From Eledone cirrhosa (lineage: Eukaryota): DNA of 64,000 nt. This document shows positions 46,645 through 61,286 of the stretch, in pieces; position 1 is the first letter of the stretch, and each line of letters opens with the position of its first letter. The stretch is taken from NCBI GenBank assembly GCA_964016885.1, contig CAXHJY010000443.1, positions 1 to 64,000 of the forward strand. Reading direction: 5' to 3'. Under the pieces are notes generated by a model, which worked only from the letters and a program-made list of their open reading frames with translations, did no database searches and was not told where the DNA came from. The translations under genes and the position numbers were made by a program.

Positions 46645-48976
46645 ATGGAAAAACAATATTTAGGAACCTCCTTAAAAAACATACCAATACCTTCTAAGGA
46701 TGACTTCTTACTCCTTATGATTCAGAAAACTAATAATTTTATCAGAAGGGTTAGATGGAGAGCCTACCACTTCGATAGAAAATCTAAACAAGCAGATCGG
46801 AAATATATGTATGATTTCAATACTTACAAGAATCCACCACACAACTTTTTACTTGAAGACTTCGAGAAAGACCTTTTTAATTTAATTAAACACCTCAAAT
46901 TTAAAAAGTATAAATCCGTCTTTCAAAAGGACCTTGATTCTACCCTATTGGACCTAAAAAAGTCTAAAAAAATCCATGTCCACTCGGACAAAACTGGTAA
47001 CTTGTATCATATGGATATTGAACATTATAACGAGTTCATATATAAAGAACTCAGAAAAAAATTATAAAAAAATCTAATAATGTGTCACTCACCAACATCA
47101 ACAACAAAACACACAACATAGTAAAAAAAAACTAAACATTGAAGATAGAACTGAACCTTTGCATTGAAAAGACCACACTTCAACCTGAAAGATCACAAAT
47201 CTAACTTTAACTCAAATCCTTCTATTAGACTTATATGTCCCTCCAAATCAGATATTGGAATAATTAGCAAAAAAAATTTAGATAGAGTCATCCCACAAAT
47301 AAGAAAACACGTTATTTTACCACTCTGGGAAAACACCTCCCAGGTAATTAACTGGTTTAAAAATATTAGGTGTAAATCTTCTGCTTCTTTCCTACAATTT
47401 GATATAGATAATTACTATTCTTCTATATCACCTATACTCCTGAACAAAGCATTGATATTTGCTAAAAATAGATCTAACTTAACTTTGGATGACATTAATA
47501 TTATTACACATGCTAGACTAACACTTATTGAATTTCAGATGAATACTGGACCAGAAACACATATAGTAATCTTTTTGATATTACTATGGGTTCAAGCGAT
47601 TCCGCCCAAATTACTGATCTTGTGGGCCTCTTTCTCCTTTTCAACATAAATGCCTCTTTTCCCCACCTCAAAGGTGGTTTATATCGTGATGACTGTCTTC
47701 TTCTTTCTAACAACCTTAGCCTTTCAGAAATTGAAAAAAACAAAAAACATATTAGAACTTTCCTTAAAGACTATTATAATCTTAATATTATTTTGAAAAA
47801 ACAAGTAAAGTAGTAAATTTCCTAGATATAACTTTAGATTTAGCTACGGGTATCTACCAACCTTACCATAAACCTAACCAAAACTTACATTACATACACT
47901 CACAATCTAATCACCCTAAATCTATCCTTAAAAACCTTGCATATAATATATCACTTAGAATTTCTAACCTTTCTTCTAACCAAGGTGTATTTGATAAAAA
48001 TGCGACCTTCTATAACGAAGCTCTAGATAGAAGTGGCCACAAAAATAGATTAGAGTATATACCTTCTACTAAAAATACTGAAAGCATACAACATAATATT
48101 ACCAACAAACACCAAATGAAAAAGTACACACCTAAATGCCACCCACACTATACCCCAAAATACCAAATCTTCTAATATAAAGTATAGTAACTCTCAAAAA
48201 ACTACTCATCATACAACTCTAATAAATATTAATAATAAAACTCCTAATAAAAAGGATAAAACACCTAAATCTACAAATATAACTAAAAATAGTTGTGGTG
48301 AGATCATTAACATTAATCCTCCTAGTAAAAATCACGATACAACCTATAAAAATAATAAAAATAATAAACAACATAGAAACCGTAATAGACGGGTTACTTG
48401 GTATAATGCTCCTTTTAATTTACAAGTTAAGGATAATATTGCTAAAAAAATTTTTTTATATCCTTGAGAAAAACTTCCCGCCAAACCACAAATACCATCA
48501 AATCTTAAATAGGTCTACAGTTAAATTCAAATACAGAATTAACGAAAGGATGTAACTGTAGAAACAAAGCAAACTGCCCATTAAAAGGGAATTGTCTTGT
48601 TAACAACATAGTCTATAAATGTAATGTTAAAACTAAAGATTCTATTTGCTCATATATAGGAGCTACCTCTAACAATTTTAAGACAAGGTTTAATACCCAC
48701 AAGCATAGTTTTAAAAATGCCGCACTGGCTAATACAACATCTCTAGCAGAAAAAATCAATAGTTATAAAAATAAGAATATAGAATATGATTTGACCTGGA
48801 GTGTGCTCAAAAGAGCCACCCCTTATCAAAATAATAGAAATGAATGTAGATTATGTTCCCAAGAACTATTTGAAATAATGAAGTCTAAGGATATCTTATT
48901 AAATAAACGACAGGAATTAATTATATCGTGTAATCATAAATTAAAAAAAACATTTAAATATTATAAACCTAATTAA
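46645..48976 (+). pseudogene. Naiad-like RT-GIY-YIG ORF, multiply frameshifted
   Basis: MEKQYLGTSLKNIPIP...HSDKTGNLY...LKDHK...[11 protein letters not shown]...QFDIDNYYSSIS...MGSSDSAQITDLVG...GGLYRDD...CNCRNKANCPLKGNC..IVYKC...YIGATS...CRLC...CNH. Confidence 0.9.
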
Positions 48977-50618
48977 TAACATTATTTTAGAAATTAATTT
49001 AATTTAAATGTTAGTTAACCTATAAATTTAATTTAATTAAAATTTTATTACAGATGAGAATATAAAATATTATGTAATCATAAATTGTGAATAACCTTTA
49101 AATATTACTAATATATACTTAATAATTTAATTTATAGATTAATTTTAATTTATTTAAACCCTTTATTATAATTCTTTTACAGATAAAATATAACAAAATA
49201 ATATCGTGTATCCAATGACAGAGAAATAATTTTTAGTATTATAGACCTAATTAATATACATTTTAGAAATATATTTATAATTTGGTTTTAATTTTAATCA
49301 ACCTAAAAATTTAATTTTAATTTGCTTAAAATTAGTATCCTTATACAGACGAATTGCAGAATGTCATGTAATCATAGAATGGGATGTGTTTTGGATATAT
49401 ACCTAGTTAATATATTCTATGCAATTTTTTGAAAAAGATATGTATATGTATATGTGTATGTGTATGTGTGTGTGTATGTATATGTGTATATATGTATATA
49501 TATATATATGTGTGTATATATATGTATATATGTATGTGTATGTATATGTATATGTATGCGTATTAATTTTGATTTCTATTTGCATATAATTATATTATGC
49601 TATTGATGAAATACAATATCTGCTTTATGTATTATATACCTAATTAACATATACTATAGAAATAAATATATAATTTTTAATTTAGTTAACCTATAATTTA
49701 TATTCTACTACCGATGTAATACTTTATTTTATTTGTTTTTTCCCTATTACTAAATTCATTTCCTAATATTGATACCATAACGTTATTAACTTTAATTTAG
49801 TTATACTATAATTAATACTCTACTACTATTTAACTTCAAAATTCTGCTTCAAATATTATAAACCTAACTAATTTACACCTTAGAAATCAATATGTTAACT
49901 ATCTTTGGTTTAGTTAACATATAATTAATGGTATACTTGTTTATTTTGAGATGCATAGATTTTGCCTTAGTTCTTGTTTGTTGTATTTCCTAACACTGAA
50001 ACTATGTAAAAACATACATTGGATAAAGATACGGAAAATATTCTATGTTTCTTGAAACATATATTTACTTTGATCCCCTTCTCCAAACCCCCCCTTTCCC
50101 CCATACTATTATCATCTGTATTTGTAAGCGTGTATGTATGAATATATATGTAGGTAGGTGTCTATATAGGTTTGGGTATTTATATCTAAATATAAAAATA
50201 CATATATGCGCATGCAAATATGAATGTAAGATTGTGTGTGTATATATGAGTGTGTGTATGTATGTATATATGTGTATATATGCATGTATATATGTATGTG
50301 TATGTGAATGTGTGTATGTATATGTGTATGTATATATATATATGTGTATATATATGTATATATGTATATATAGGAATATATATATATATATATATATGTA
50401 TATGTATATGTGTGTGTATGTATGTGTGTGTATGTGTGTTGTATATATATGTATGTCTCTCTATTTATATGTCTATCTTCGTATCTATGTGATATATGTG
50501 TGTGTGTGTGCATGTATGCACATATATGTGTTTATGTGTATATATGTGTATGTGTGTATATATGTGTGTGTGCACACACATATATATGTGAGTGTGTATA
50601 TGTGTCTGTGTATATGTA

Positions 50619-50662
<44 letters not shown>

Positions 50663-50748
50663 TGTCTATGTGTGAATATATGTCTATATTCGTATGTATG
50701 TATATATGTATGTATATGTTTATATGTATATATATATATATATGTATG

Positions 50749-50785
<37 letters not shown>

Positions 50786-51048
50786 TTTTATTATTATAAT
50801 ATAACTTATGTGTATGTGTGTATAAGTGAGGTTGTGTATGTGTATATAATATGTGTATATATAAGTGTATATAAGTGTAAAAAAATATATATATATATGT
50901 GCATGTCTGTTTTTTATGTGTGTGTATATATATATATATATACGTGTGTGTATATATATGTATATGTGGGTGTTTGTATGTGTATTTATGGTGGTATGAG
51001 TGTGTGGGTATCTATGTATATATATATATATGTATGAATGTATGTGTG

Positions 51049-51103
<55 letters not shown>

Positions 51104-51463
51104 GTATGTATGTATATATCTCTATTAATGCGTGTATATGTGTATATACATATGCCTTTTTATTATTATTTTTATTTGTATGTCTGAGTTAGGTGAGGTT
51201 GTAGTGGTTTTTTATGTATATACGCATATATGGATGCGTATGTATTTGTATATATGAGTATAAGTAAGTGCATATGTATGTATGATTATATATCTAATTC
51301 TATGTATGAATATACATGTATATATATGTGTGTATGTAAATTGTGTGTGTATGTATGTATATGTCTATGTGTGTATATATATATGTATGTATATCGATGT
51401 ACGTGTATGTATGTACATGTATGTCTATGTATGTGTGTATGTATGTGTATGTATATTTAGGTG

Positions 51464-51532
<69 letters not shown>

Positions 51533-51812
51533 ATATATATATGTATATATCTTTATTATTTATTTTTTATATATATGTGTATGTGTGTATGTGTTGTGTG
51601 TGTGTGTGTGTGTATATATATCTTTATATATGTGTATGTGTATGTTCATGTAGGTGTATGTGTGTGTATGACTTTATATGTATGTGTGTATGTGTGTATG
51701 CGTAAATATTTCTATGTGTGTGTACATGTATGTATGTGTATATATCTGTATGTGTGTGTATGTGTATTTGTATGTGTATATATATATATATATATATGTA
51801 TGTATATGTATA

Positions 51813-51854
<42 letters not shown>

Positions 51855-52161
51855 TTTCTATTTGTATATGTATGTGTGTATAGGTATATACCTTTCTCTT
51901 TGTATTTCTAAGTTGTGTGATAGTGTAGTGGTGTTTGTATGTATATACCGATATATAGATGCGTAAGTATTTGTCTGTATGTATATATGTAAGTCTGTAT
52001 ATATTTGTGTGTATATATAGCTATGTATGTGTATATCTGTATGTATATTAGTATGTAAGTGTTGTATATGTGCATGTATGTGTGTGGTTATATATATCTG
52101 TGTCTATATAGTATGTGTGATTATATGTATATGTGTGTGTATATGTACGTGTATATGCATA

Positions 52162-52240
<79 letters not shown>

Positions 52241-52424
52241 ATTTGTATGTATATGTATATATGCATGTATGTGTGTATATATATATGTTTATATATGTGT
52301 GTGTATGTATGTTCTTAGTGTGGATGTGTGTATATGTATGTATGTGTTTGTATATGTGTGTATATTTATGTATGTGTGTGTGTGTGTCTATGTGTATATA
52401 TATGTATGTTTATATATATATATA

Positions 52425-52463
<39 letters not shown>

Positions 52464-53166
52464 ATATATGTATATATATATATATTTATTTTCTTGATAT
52501 ATTTCTTTTTTCTTTTCTCTTTTCTCTTTTTTCTTTTTTCTTTTTTCTGTTTTTCTTTCTATTCTTTCCTCTTTAATGTTTATTTATTATATTTTATTTT
52601 TTTATTTTTTTATTTTCTTAGTTTATAGATACATCTATATTAGGCAGTCTGCTCAGACCGTTGAATACTGACCTCCCCCCCCCCCTCCCACCTAATTTCT
52701 GTATCTTGATCTAAAAATGTGTGTGCCAGTGTTTTATGTGAGTGAATTAATATCCATGTGCTTATGATTTTATATCCACATATATAAATGTGAGTGGGGG
52801 TGTGTGTGTGTTTGTATGTTCGTGGTTATGTGTATATTTATGCATATACGCGCGTGTATGTGTGATTGTACGGATATGTGTGAGTATGAAAAGATATATT
52901 TATATACTTAATTTCATAAGTGTCAATACGCATCTTATCTGTGCATTATAAACTTACAGAGATATTAACCTTGAAAATTTTGTATTTGCATCCATCCTTT
53001 TAGTATGCGTATACAAATTATACATACATTTTTGTAAAATATGTGTAAGGGTTTTACATGTATATACACACACCGAACTGCATTTAACCCTTTGTGTTTT
53101 CATTGGTCAATTTTGTTCCCAAACGGACCTGAAATTTTGAATTGTTGTTATTATCAATAAATATAC

Positions 53167-53321
53167 TTCATTATTTCTGAAGACGGCGTATATATGTGTT
53201 TGGTATGTATATTTAATCTTGATAATTTGTATAATTTTGTATAATTTTGTACATAGATCTGTTGAATATGCATACCAATTCTAACACATATATATCCTAG
53301 AAACGATCGTTAAATAATGAA
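53167..53321 (+). ncRNA. Hammerhead ribozyme with extended stem II (3' pLTR)
   Basis: Same motif as 46147-46301. Confidence 0.8.
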
Positions 53322-53335
53322 CTCTTTTTATATAC

Positions 53336-53368
<33 letters not shown>

Positions 53369-53473
53369 CATATGCATATATACATATATATATATACATA
53401 TATATATACATATATATATATACATATATATATATATACATACATATATACATACATACATATATATATATAT

Positions 53474-53598
<125 letters not shown>

Positions 53599-53743
53599 CA
53601 TATATATATATACATATATATATATACATATATATATATACATATATATATACATACATATATATATATACATACATATATATATATACATACATATATA
53701 TATATATACATACATATATATATATATACATACATATATATAT

Positions 53744-53794
<51 letters not shown>

Positions 53795-53853
53795 CATATA
53801 TATATATATATATACATATATATATGTATATATACATATATATATGTATATAC

Positions 53854-53892
<39 letters not shown>

Positions 53893-53897
53893 CATAC

Positions 53898-54102
<205 letters not shown>

Positions 54103-54115
54103 CATATATATATAC

Positions 54116-54238
<123 letters not shown>

Positions 54239-54257
54239 CATATATATATGTATATAC

Positions 54258-54312
<55 letters not shown>

Positions 54313-54363
54313 CATATATATACATATATACATATATATATATACATATATATATACATATAT

Positions 54364-54394
<31 letters not shown>

Positions 54395-54453
54395 TACATA
54401 TATGTATATACATATATATATATATATACATATATACATATATACATATATAC

Positions 54454-54484
<31 letters not shown>

Positions 54485-54545
54485 CATATATACATATATA
54501 CATATATACATATATACATATATATACACATATATATATATATAT

Positions 54546-56902
54546 TTGGAAAGTATGGCGGGATGGGGGAAGTAGAGAGGACTATCAAGTGGCCAGGAGG
54601 GAAGCTAGGAGACAAGTGTACTTAGCAAGAAGGGAAGCTGAGGAAAGAAAGTTCAAGCATGTTCTACAACGCGATGACCAAAAACGTGAGGTGTTCAGGA
54701 TTGCTAGGCAATGCGTCAAGGAAAACCGTGATATTGTCGGGGAGAAGTGTGTACTAAACGACGATGGCACACTTGCCATCACCGACTCTGATAAGAAGGT
54801 AGCTTGGAAGTGTCACTATGAAAGGCTACTAAATGAGGAGAATAATTGGGAGAAAGGCAGTCTCCCCCATATCGACCCAATAGAGGGACCAGCAGTGTTA
54901 GTCGAGGGGAGTATAATAAGTAAGGCAATCAAGGATATGAAGACGGGTAAGGCGGCTGGGCCTTCGGAAATAGTTGCTGAGATGCTGAAGGCATCTGGCA
55001 CGGTGGGACACACCATGGTCACCCGCATAGTTAACCAAGTCGTACAGAATGGGGTTGTTCCGAAGGACTGGCATAGCAGCATCATCGTTAACTGTTATAA
55101 GGGTAAAGGAGACGCCCTAGATAGGAGTAACTATAGAGGCATTAAATTAATCGACCAGGTCATGAAGGTCACGGAAAAAGTAATAGCCCAACTAATCAGA
55201 GAGAGAATTGACCTAGATGAAATGCAGTTCGGGTTTGTGTCAGGCAAAAGTACCACAGACGCTCTTTTCATAGTACGACAACTACAGGAGAAGTACCTAG
55301 CTAAAGGTAAACCCCTCTACTTAGCTTTTGTCGACTTGGAGAAAGCCTTCGACAGAGTCCCCCGCTCCATTATCTGGTGGGCTCTTAGAAAACTAGGCGT
55401 TGACGAATGGCTTGTGAGGGCTATACAAGCCATGTATAAAGAAACAGTCAGCAAGGTTAGAATTAACAACGAATATAGTGAAGAGTTTAGCGTAAAAGTT
55501 GGCGTCCATCAGGGCTCTGTTCTCAGCCCACTACTATTTATTATTGCCCTTCAGGCTATAACAGAGGAGTTCAAGACAGGCTGCCCATGGGAACTCCTAT
55601 ACGCAGACGACCTGACACTCATAGCGGAATCAATGGCCGAGCTAGAGAAGAAATTCCAAACATGGAAGCACGGCCTAGAGTCAAAAGGACTTAAAATTAA
55701 CCTGGCTAAGACCAAAGTACTAGTTTGTAGGAAAGAAAACAAGGCGGCGGTCCCTTCTGGGAAATGGTCGTGCTCGGTGTGTAGGAAAGGCGTAGGTAGA
55801 AACTCCATTTTATGTCCTAAATGCAAAGTATGGGTGCATAAAAGATGTAGTGGGATCACAGGTAAGCTAACTAAGAACATAGATTTTACATGTGGCCGGT
55901 GCTCTGGTGCAATAAGTAGCAGCAAGTGCCCACAAACTACTAGCTCTTTCAATTGCGCAGAGGGTTCTATAGAAATAGTGGACAGCTTCCGTTACCTGGG
56001 CGATAAAATCAGCAGTGGGGGAGGGTGCTCTGAAAGTACTGTAGCTAGAGTCAGAACTGGTTGGAAAAAGTTCAGAGAGCTTATACCACTATTAGCTGCT
56101 AAAGGGTTCTCACTAAAAATGAAAGGCAGGTTGTACGATGCCTGCATACGAACAGCAATGCTGCATGGCAGTGAGACCTGGGCATTGTGTGCAGAGGATA
56201 TACGCAGACTAGAGAGGAACGAAGCTTGCATGCTCCGCTGGATGTGTAACAGTAATATACGTGAACGGCAAAGCATAAACGAACTAAGGAAAAAATTAGA
56301 GATAAGAGGGATCAGATGTTGTTTACTCGAGAGAAGGCTACGTTGGTATGGACACGTGATGCGCATGAAAGTCGATAGCTGTATAACAAAGTGCAGGGCA
56401 ATAAAGATAGACGGTAGTCACGGAATAGGCAGACCTAGAAAAACCTGGGACGAGCTGATAAACTCCGACATCACACACTTACACCTCTCCAAGACAATGT
56501 CACTGGACCGAGACCTTTGGCGGTACTCAGTAACAGAGAAGACCCGCCTTACCTAAATATATAGTAAAACCTACTCCAGCCAGTAGGCATCTCTAACAAA
56601 ATACACCCCGTCCCACCACCCCCACCCGATCCACACCACCCCGTTCTATGTAAAGTTATGTTGGTGCCGCGCCATCAAGGCCGAAACAAATGAGATCGTG
56701 TAGGTGTCACGACAAAAAAAACACACAGTCCACGCTGTAATGTGGCCATGTAGGCAACACGGTAAAAACCTCCCAGACCCACACTGTAAATGTGGTTGGT
56801 GTTAGGAAGGGCATCCAACTGTAGAAAACCTGCCAGACAGTCCTATGCGAGCAAGACAATCACTCTTGCCTCAAGTGGGACTACCCCCGTCCAAACCCAT
56901 GC
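54546..56902 (+). mobile_element. 5'-truncated RTE-clade LINE
   Basis: Open RT ORF followed by a 3'UTR shared with the copies at 30802, 42417 and 62868. Confidence 0.93.
54547..56556 (+). CDS. RTE LINE reverse transcriptase (5'-truncated, uninterrupted frame) with PHD-like Cys finger
   Basis: [70 protein letters not shown]. Confidence 0.9.
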   Translation, partial: WKVWRDGGSREDYQVARREARRQVYLARREAEERKFKHVLQRDDQKREVFRIARQCVKENRDIVGEKCVLNDDGTLAITDSDKKVAWKCHYERLLNEENNWEKGSLPHIDPIEGPAVLVEGSIISKAIKDMKTGKAAGPSEIVAEMLKASGTVGHTMVTRIVNQVVQNGVVPKDWHSSIIVNCYKGKGDALDRSNYRGIKLIDQVMKVTEKVIAQLIRERIDLDEMQFGFVSGKSTTDALFIVRQLQEKYLAKGKPLYLAFVDLEKAFDRVPRSIIWWALRKLGVDEWLVRAIQAMYKETVSKVRINNEYSEEFSVKVGVHQGSVLSPLLFIIALQAITEEFKTGCPWELLYADDLTLIAESMAELEKKFQTWKHGLESKGLKINLAKTKVLVCRKENKAAVPSGKWSCSVCRKGVGRNSILCPKCKVWVHKRCSGITGKLTKNIDFTCGRCSGAISSSKCPQTTSSFNCAEGSIEIVDSFRYLGDKISSGGGCSESTVARVRTGWKKFRELIPLLAAKGFSLKMKGRLYDACIRTAMLHGSETWALCAEDIRRLERNEACMLRWMCNSNIRERQSINELRKKLEIRGIRCCLLERRLRWYGHVMRMKVDSCITKCRAIKIDGSHGIGRPRKTWDELINSDITHLHLSKTMSLDRDLWRYSVTEKTRLT

Positions 56903-57095
<193 letters not shown>

Positions 57096-57098
57096 CAC

Positions 57099-57139
<41 letters not shown>

Positions 57140-57201
57140 CATATATATATACACATATATATATGTATATACACATATATATATATATATACACACACAT
57201 A

Positions 57202-57237
<36 letters not shown>

Positions 57238-57362
57238 CACACATATATATATATACATATATATATATATACACATATACATGTATATATATACATATAT
57301 ATATATATGTATATATATATATACATACATATATATATATATGTATATATATATATACATAC

Positions 57363-57395
<33 letters not shown>

Positions 57396-57620
57396 TACAT
57401 ATATATATATATATACACATACATATATATATATACATATATACACATATATATATATATACATATATACATACATATATATATACATATATACACATAT
57501 ATATATATATACATATACACATATATATATATATACATATACACATATATATATATATATACATATACACATATATATATATATACATATACACATATAT
57601 ATATATATATACATATACAC

Positions 57621-57652
<32 letters not shown>

Positions 57653-57746
57653 ATATATACATATATACATATACATATATATATATATACATATATATAT
57701 ACATATATATACATATACACATATATACATATACACATATACACAT

Positions 57747-57779
<33 letters not shown>

Positions 57780-58094
57780 CATATACATATATATATATAT
57801 ACATATACATATATATACACATATATATATATATATATATATATAGTCTGTGTGTATGTCTGTCCGTGTGTGTGTTTAGAAATGTAAGGGAAACACAAAC
57901 ATAAGACAATTCCCCGCTTCAGTTGTTTGCAGTGGGCCTCCGATGTTTCGACGCATTAAAGACAATACATGTATCCACAGTGCATTAATAACTTCAGGTA
58001 GTTATTAGAGAAGGAAAAGACAAAAAAAAAAGAGACGTTGACGCAGAGAAAGAAAATAAACAGAAAATATACCGATAGAGAGGGTTTTTTTTAT

Positions 58095-58330
58095 ATGAAA
58101 TCGTGTGTCGAAACAAATATTGTTATACTTGGGTAGGGTCATATTGTTATAATATTGCCAGAAATAATAATAAAACACACTCAATCTTTGGTTGGTTTTC
58201 GCTTCTATAGTTAATTTCTTTGGCAATCAATGTTTATCATTGATTGACCAGCGGTTAAAAATACAGATACAAATATATATATAGTCTATCAAAGTTCTTT
58301 CGTCTCACATATGCAACATCATCAGTGGTA
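58095..58330 (-). mobile_element. Old degenerate family-A-like pLTR remnant with decayed HHR
   Basis: ATATTGTTATACTTGGGTAGGGTCATATTG resembles the 1124 terminus. Minus strand reads CTGATGA tgttgcatatgtgagac GAAA gaac TT at ~58287-58329. Confidence 0.5.
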
Positions 58331-58384
58331 CTATTATGTTTCCTCCTATTGTATTGTACTCATACAATCTCTATTGATTGCTAG

Positions 58385-58625
58385 GTTGTGATGGCACAAG
58401 CTACCCATCTGTACTTTGATCATCCGTATGAACCAGATCCAGAGGAAAGGGGATATTACTGGGCAACACGATATACCGATACCCAAAAAACGTTCGGTTT
58501 TAAACCAGAAAACATCTATGCTAACATCGATACAAAACGGAACGGGGAAAAACTAACCTTTGAAAATGTATGTGGACAGAATGGAAATTTGTGTGAAAAA
58601 CTCAAGAAACCTGAAAATATAATCG
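58385..58625 (+). CDS. GH20 beta-N-acetylhexosaminidase/chitobiase-type gene, internal exon
   Basis: ctag|GTT...ATCG|gtgag. Encodes VVMAQATHLYFDHPYEPDPEERGYYWATRYTDTQKTFGF...ENII. Confidence 0.9.
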
Positions 58626-59317
58626 GTGAGTTGTTGTTTACAAAATATGTGTTTATGTGTGTGTGTGTCAGTGTGGGTGTTAGTGTGTTTGTGTGTGTGT
58701 GTTTAATATGTATGTATATATATATATATATCCAAAATTAAAATTAAGGATTGTCATGTCTGAGAGACATGCGCCATATCCACCGTAGAATAAGCTCAAA
58801 GATTAGATCCGAGCATTACATATCAACTAGAAATAGATTGACATATATATATATATAAAATAAATACATGAAACAATCACAGGGAATAATTTGTAAAGAA
58901 TGTAAGCACACATAGCTAGGTAGGTAACTAATTAAAGTTTGACTAGAACTTCAAATATAGATACCTTTTAAAATGATTAATCTCCTTTGCATATATTTCT
59001 TTAAGTAAGAAATATATTTCACCTATTAATCCATAAATCACAGCAGTTAAATTCTTGGATGTTCACCAAAGGAGAAGGAAATAACCATCTGCGTTTACAC
59101 AGCAAATGCAAATCTGTGAATGATTCGAACAACGTGTTGCATTTTTTAAAAAATACACTCGTTGAACAACGTCATCCCAGTGGCGTGAATAGGACCATCG
59201 ACAGCCAGAAATAGCAGCCGAGCCTATATATATATATATGTATGTATATGCATATATGTGTATATATATATATATGCCTGTGTTGGGTCAAATTTTGTCA
59301 TTATTTTCATCATCATC

Positions 59318-59530
59318 AGGGCGGTGGATTGGCAATATTGGTAGAGGGTCGGATGCCATGCTTTGCAGCAAAGAGTTACGGTCCTTTATGATCTAAGTTC
59401 AAATCCTGCCGAGGTTAACTTTGCCTTTTATCCTTACGGGGTCGATAAAATAAAGTACCAGTCACACACTGGGGTCCATTTAATCGACCCCCCGACAAAA
59501 AAAAAAAATTGCTGGCCTCGTGCCTATATA
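59318..59530 (+). mobile_element. tRNA-derived SINE (same family as 12128)
   Basis: GTTCAAATCC B-box and GCCTTTTATCCTTACGGGGTCGATAAAATAAAGTACCAG core. Confidence 0.8.
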
Positions 59531-59567
59531 AGAAACCATTATTATTTTTGCTTTTTTTTTTAACAAG

Positions 59568-59814
59568 GTCTGCAATGTAATTTATGGAGCGAGTCAGTGA
59601 GAACGGATGACCAAGTTTATGAAATGTTTTTCCCAAGATTGCTGGCAGCTGCCGAACGAGCTTGGCATAAAGCAGGTTGGGAAAAAGACGAAGGTGTGCC
59701 ACATATGAACCAAACCTCTGATTTCACAGAATTTATTACAACAGTTGGTTACAAAGAATTAGAACGTTTGGATCTGATGGGAATTAAATATCGAGTCCCG
59801 CCACCCGGTGTTTA
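59568..59814 (+). CDS. GH20 hexosaminidase exon
   Basis: aacaag|GT...GTTTA|gtacgt. Phase-compatible with the previous exon. Encodes GLQCNLWSESVRTDDQVYEMFFPRLLAAAERAWHK...YRVPPPGV. Confidence 0.92.
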
Positions 59815-60247
59815 GTACGTATAGCTGCCATATTGTTTCAGTGAAAAGTCTTTCTATTTCAATTGTTAAGATTTACGTCCTCTTGCTAGCACTGTTATAT
59901 CGCTGGAGAAGACAATTTACGAAGGTCCAACGTAGCTTTGTATGTATGGACCCATAATTCGTAAGGGAGTCGTAGGGGTGCCATATTGACATATGGCGTT
60001 TGTTGGACAATTTTTAAACCTGGCAGAGCCTATTTCCTCTCCATGTTTGAATACAGCAGATTTATATCAGAATAATATCTAATACTAATTACACAATGTT
60101 GTCAGCAATGTTAGATAATGTAATTAATTAATTGATTCATTGATAACATGATTTAACCATTTTATTTTTAATTGTTGACTAGAAGAGATTAAACTGAGGA
60201 TTCAGTAATATTTTGATTTTTGTCCTCTTTTTGTTCCCCTTTTCTAG

Positions 60248-60391
60248 CATTGGTAGCTCTGGCCAGTTGAACGCTAATTCAGCAATTCCAGGTTTAAAGA
60301 TTGAGTTCAGTTTTGATGACCAAAATACTTGGACTACTGTTAATGAACACACTAAAGTATATTCGGGTCAGAAACTACACCTAAGAACAAG
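60248..60391 (+). CDS. GH20 hexosaminidase exon (chitobiase C-terminal domain)
   Basis: ttctag|C...ACAAG|gtaag. Encodes (Y)IGSSGQLNANSAIPGLKIEFSFDDQNTW...LHLRT(R). Confidence 0.88.
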
Positions 60392-60501
60392 GTAAGCAGT
60401 TTTGATGATCCACTGATTACATTAACAACTGTCAAGAACTCCTCCCTCTACCTCATTTTCCATTACTACAATGGTATTTCCTGCTTGGAGCTTGATAGTC
60501 T

Positions 60502-60590
60502 TACGAGGGTCTGCCGAAAAAGTTCATAAACTGGCCAAGATACTCTCATGGAATGATAAAATGAGGTTTATTTTTCAACATAGTCCCTAG
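60502..60590. mobile_element. Possible mariner-type TIR remnant
   Basis: TACGAGGGTCTGCCGAAAAAGTTCATA resembles Tc1/mariner termini. No partner TIR seen. Confidence 0.35.
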
Positions 60591-60639
60591 AAGGAAACAA
60601 TGCAATTATTAATAAGAAGAGTTGAAATTAATGCATACA

Positions 60640-60915
60640 AGATTTCACAGCTCTGGCATCACTCCTTCATAGTCAGCCTAAGAACTTTTCAGCCTACCTT
60701 TGTATACTATCTCTACTCAAGCATTCCCGACTCAATTCTTTCTCCATGTCTCACCATCCATGTTGTATCTCCCCGCCTGCTCCCCCAGCTCTGTACTAAC
60801 CACTATACCCAGTCATTCTTGCCTAGAACAGCGGCCCTTTGGAATCTCCACCCAGCTCATGTCTTTCCAAAAGGAGTTGACTGGCTATAGTTTAAGCAGA
60901 ACATCAACGACATCT
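60640..60915 (+). mobile_element. Degenerate CR1/L2-type LINE 3' end
   Basis: TNHYTQSFLPRTAALWNLHPAHVFP resembles the CR1-group C-terminal motif. Confidence 0.55.
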
Positions 60916-61234
60916 GTCTCTCCGGTCTTGAAATGCTATGGCACAGTCCTTTTCACTAGACCTACGAAGTAAAAAAAAAAATGAATGAAATGCTATGAGA
61001 TAGTTTCTTATGCAGGAAAAACTGCGTAGTTAACGATGAAAAGTAATATTTGATATTGTCTGTAGTTGTTCCTAAATGCTCTGTTCAGGGCGTCTGATGG
61101 TTAGTTTAACATTATAAACACTTTGCACTGATGCTATACATTTCCTAATAATTCTTCCCCCAAATCACCTCCTTTTAATACTCTTTTGATCATACATTAG
61201 GCTAAATTTAGCATACCTTTGCTTTCTATTTCAG

Positions 61235-61286
61235 GTCAGCAGATGGCAAACGAACCAGTAGAGTTATCAGCATGACTGTTCAATAA
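61235..61286 (+). CDS. GH20 hexosaminidase terminal exon
   Basis: tttcag|G TCA GCA GAT GGC AAA CGA ACC AGT AGA GTT...TAA = (R)SADGKRTSRVISMTVQ*. Phase matches. AATAAA hexamers at ~61726 and ~61738. Confidence 0.87.

Larger units (their letters stand above)
45775..53328 (+). mobile_element. Near full-length Naiad-like PLE (family B3) with ~530-bp direct pLTRs
   Basis: 45775-46303 matches 52796-53323, and both contain an HHR. The ORF lies at 46645-48976, followed by a ~3.8-kb 3'UTR. Confidence 0.92.
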
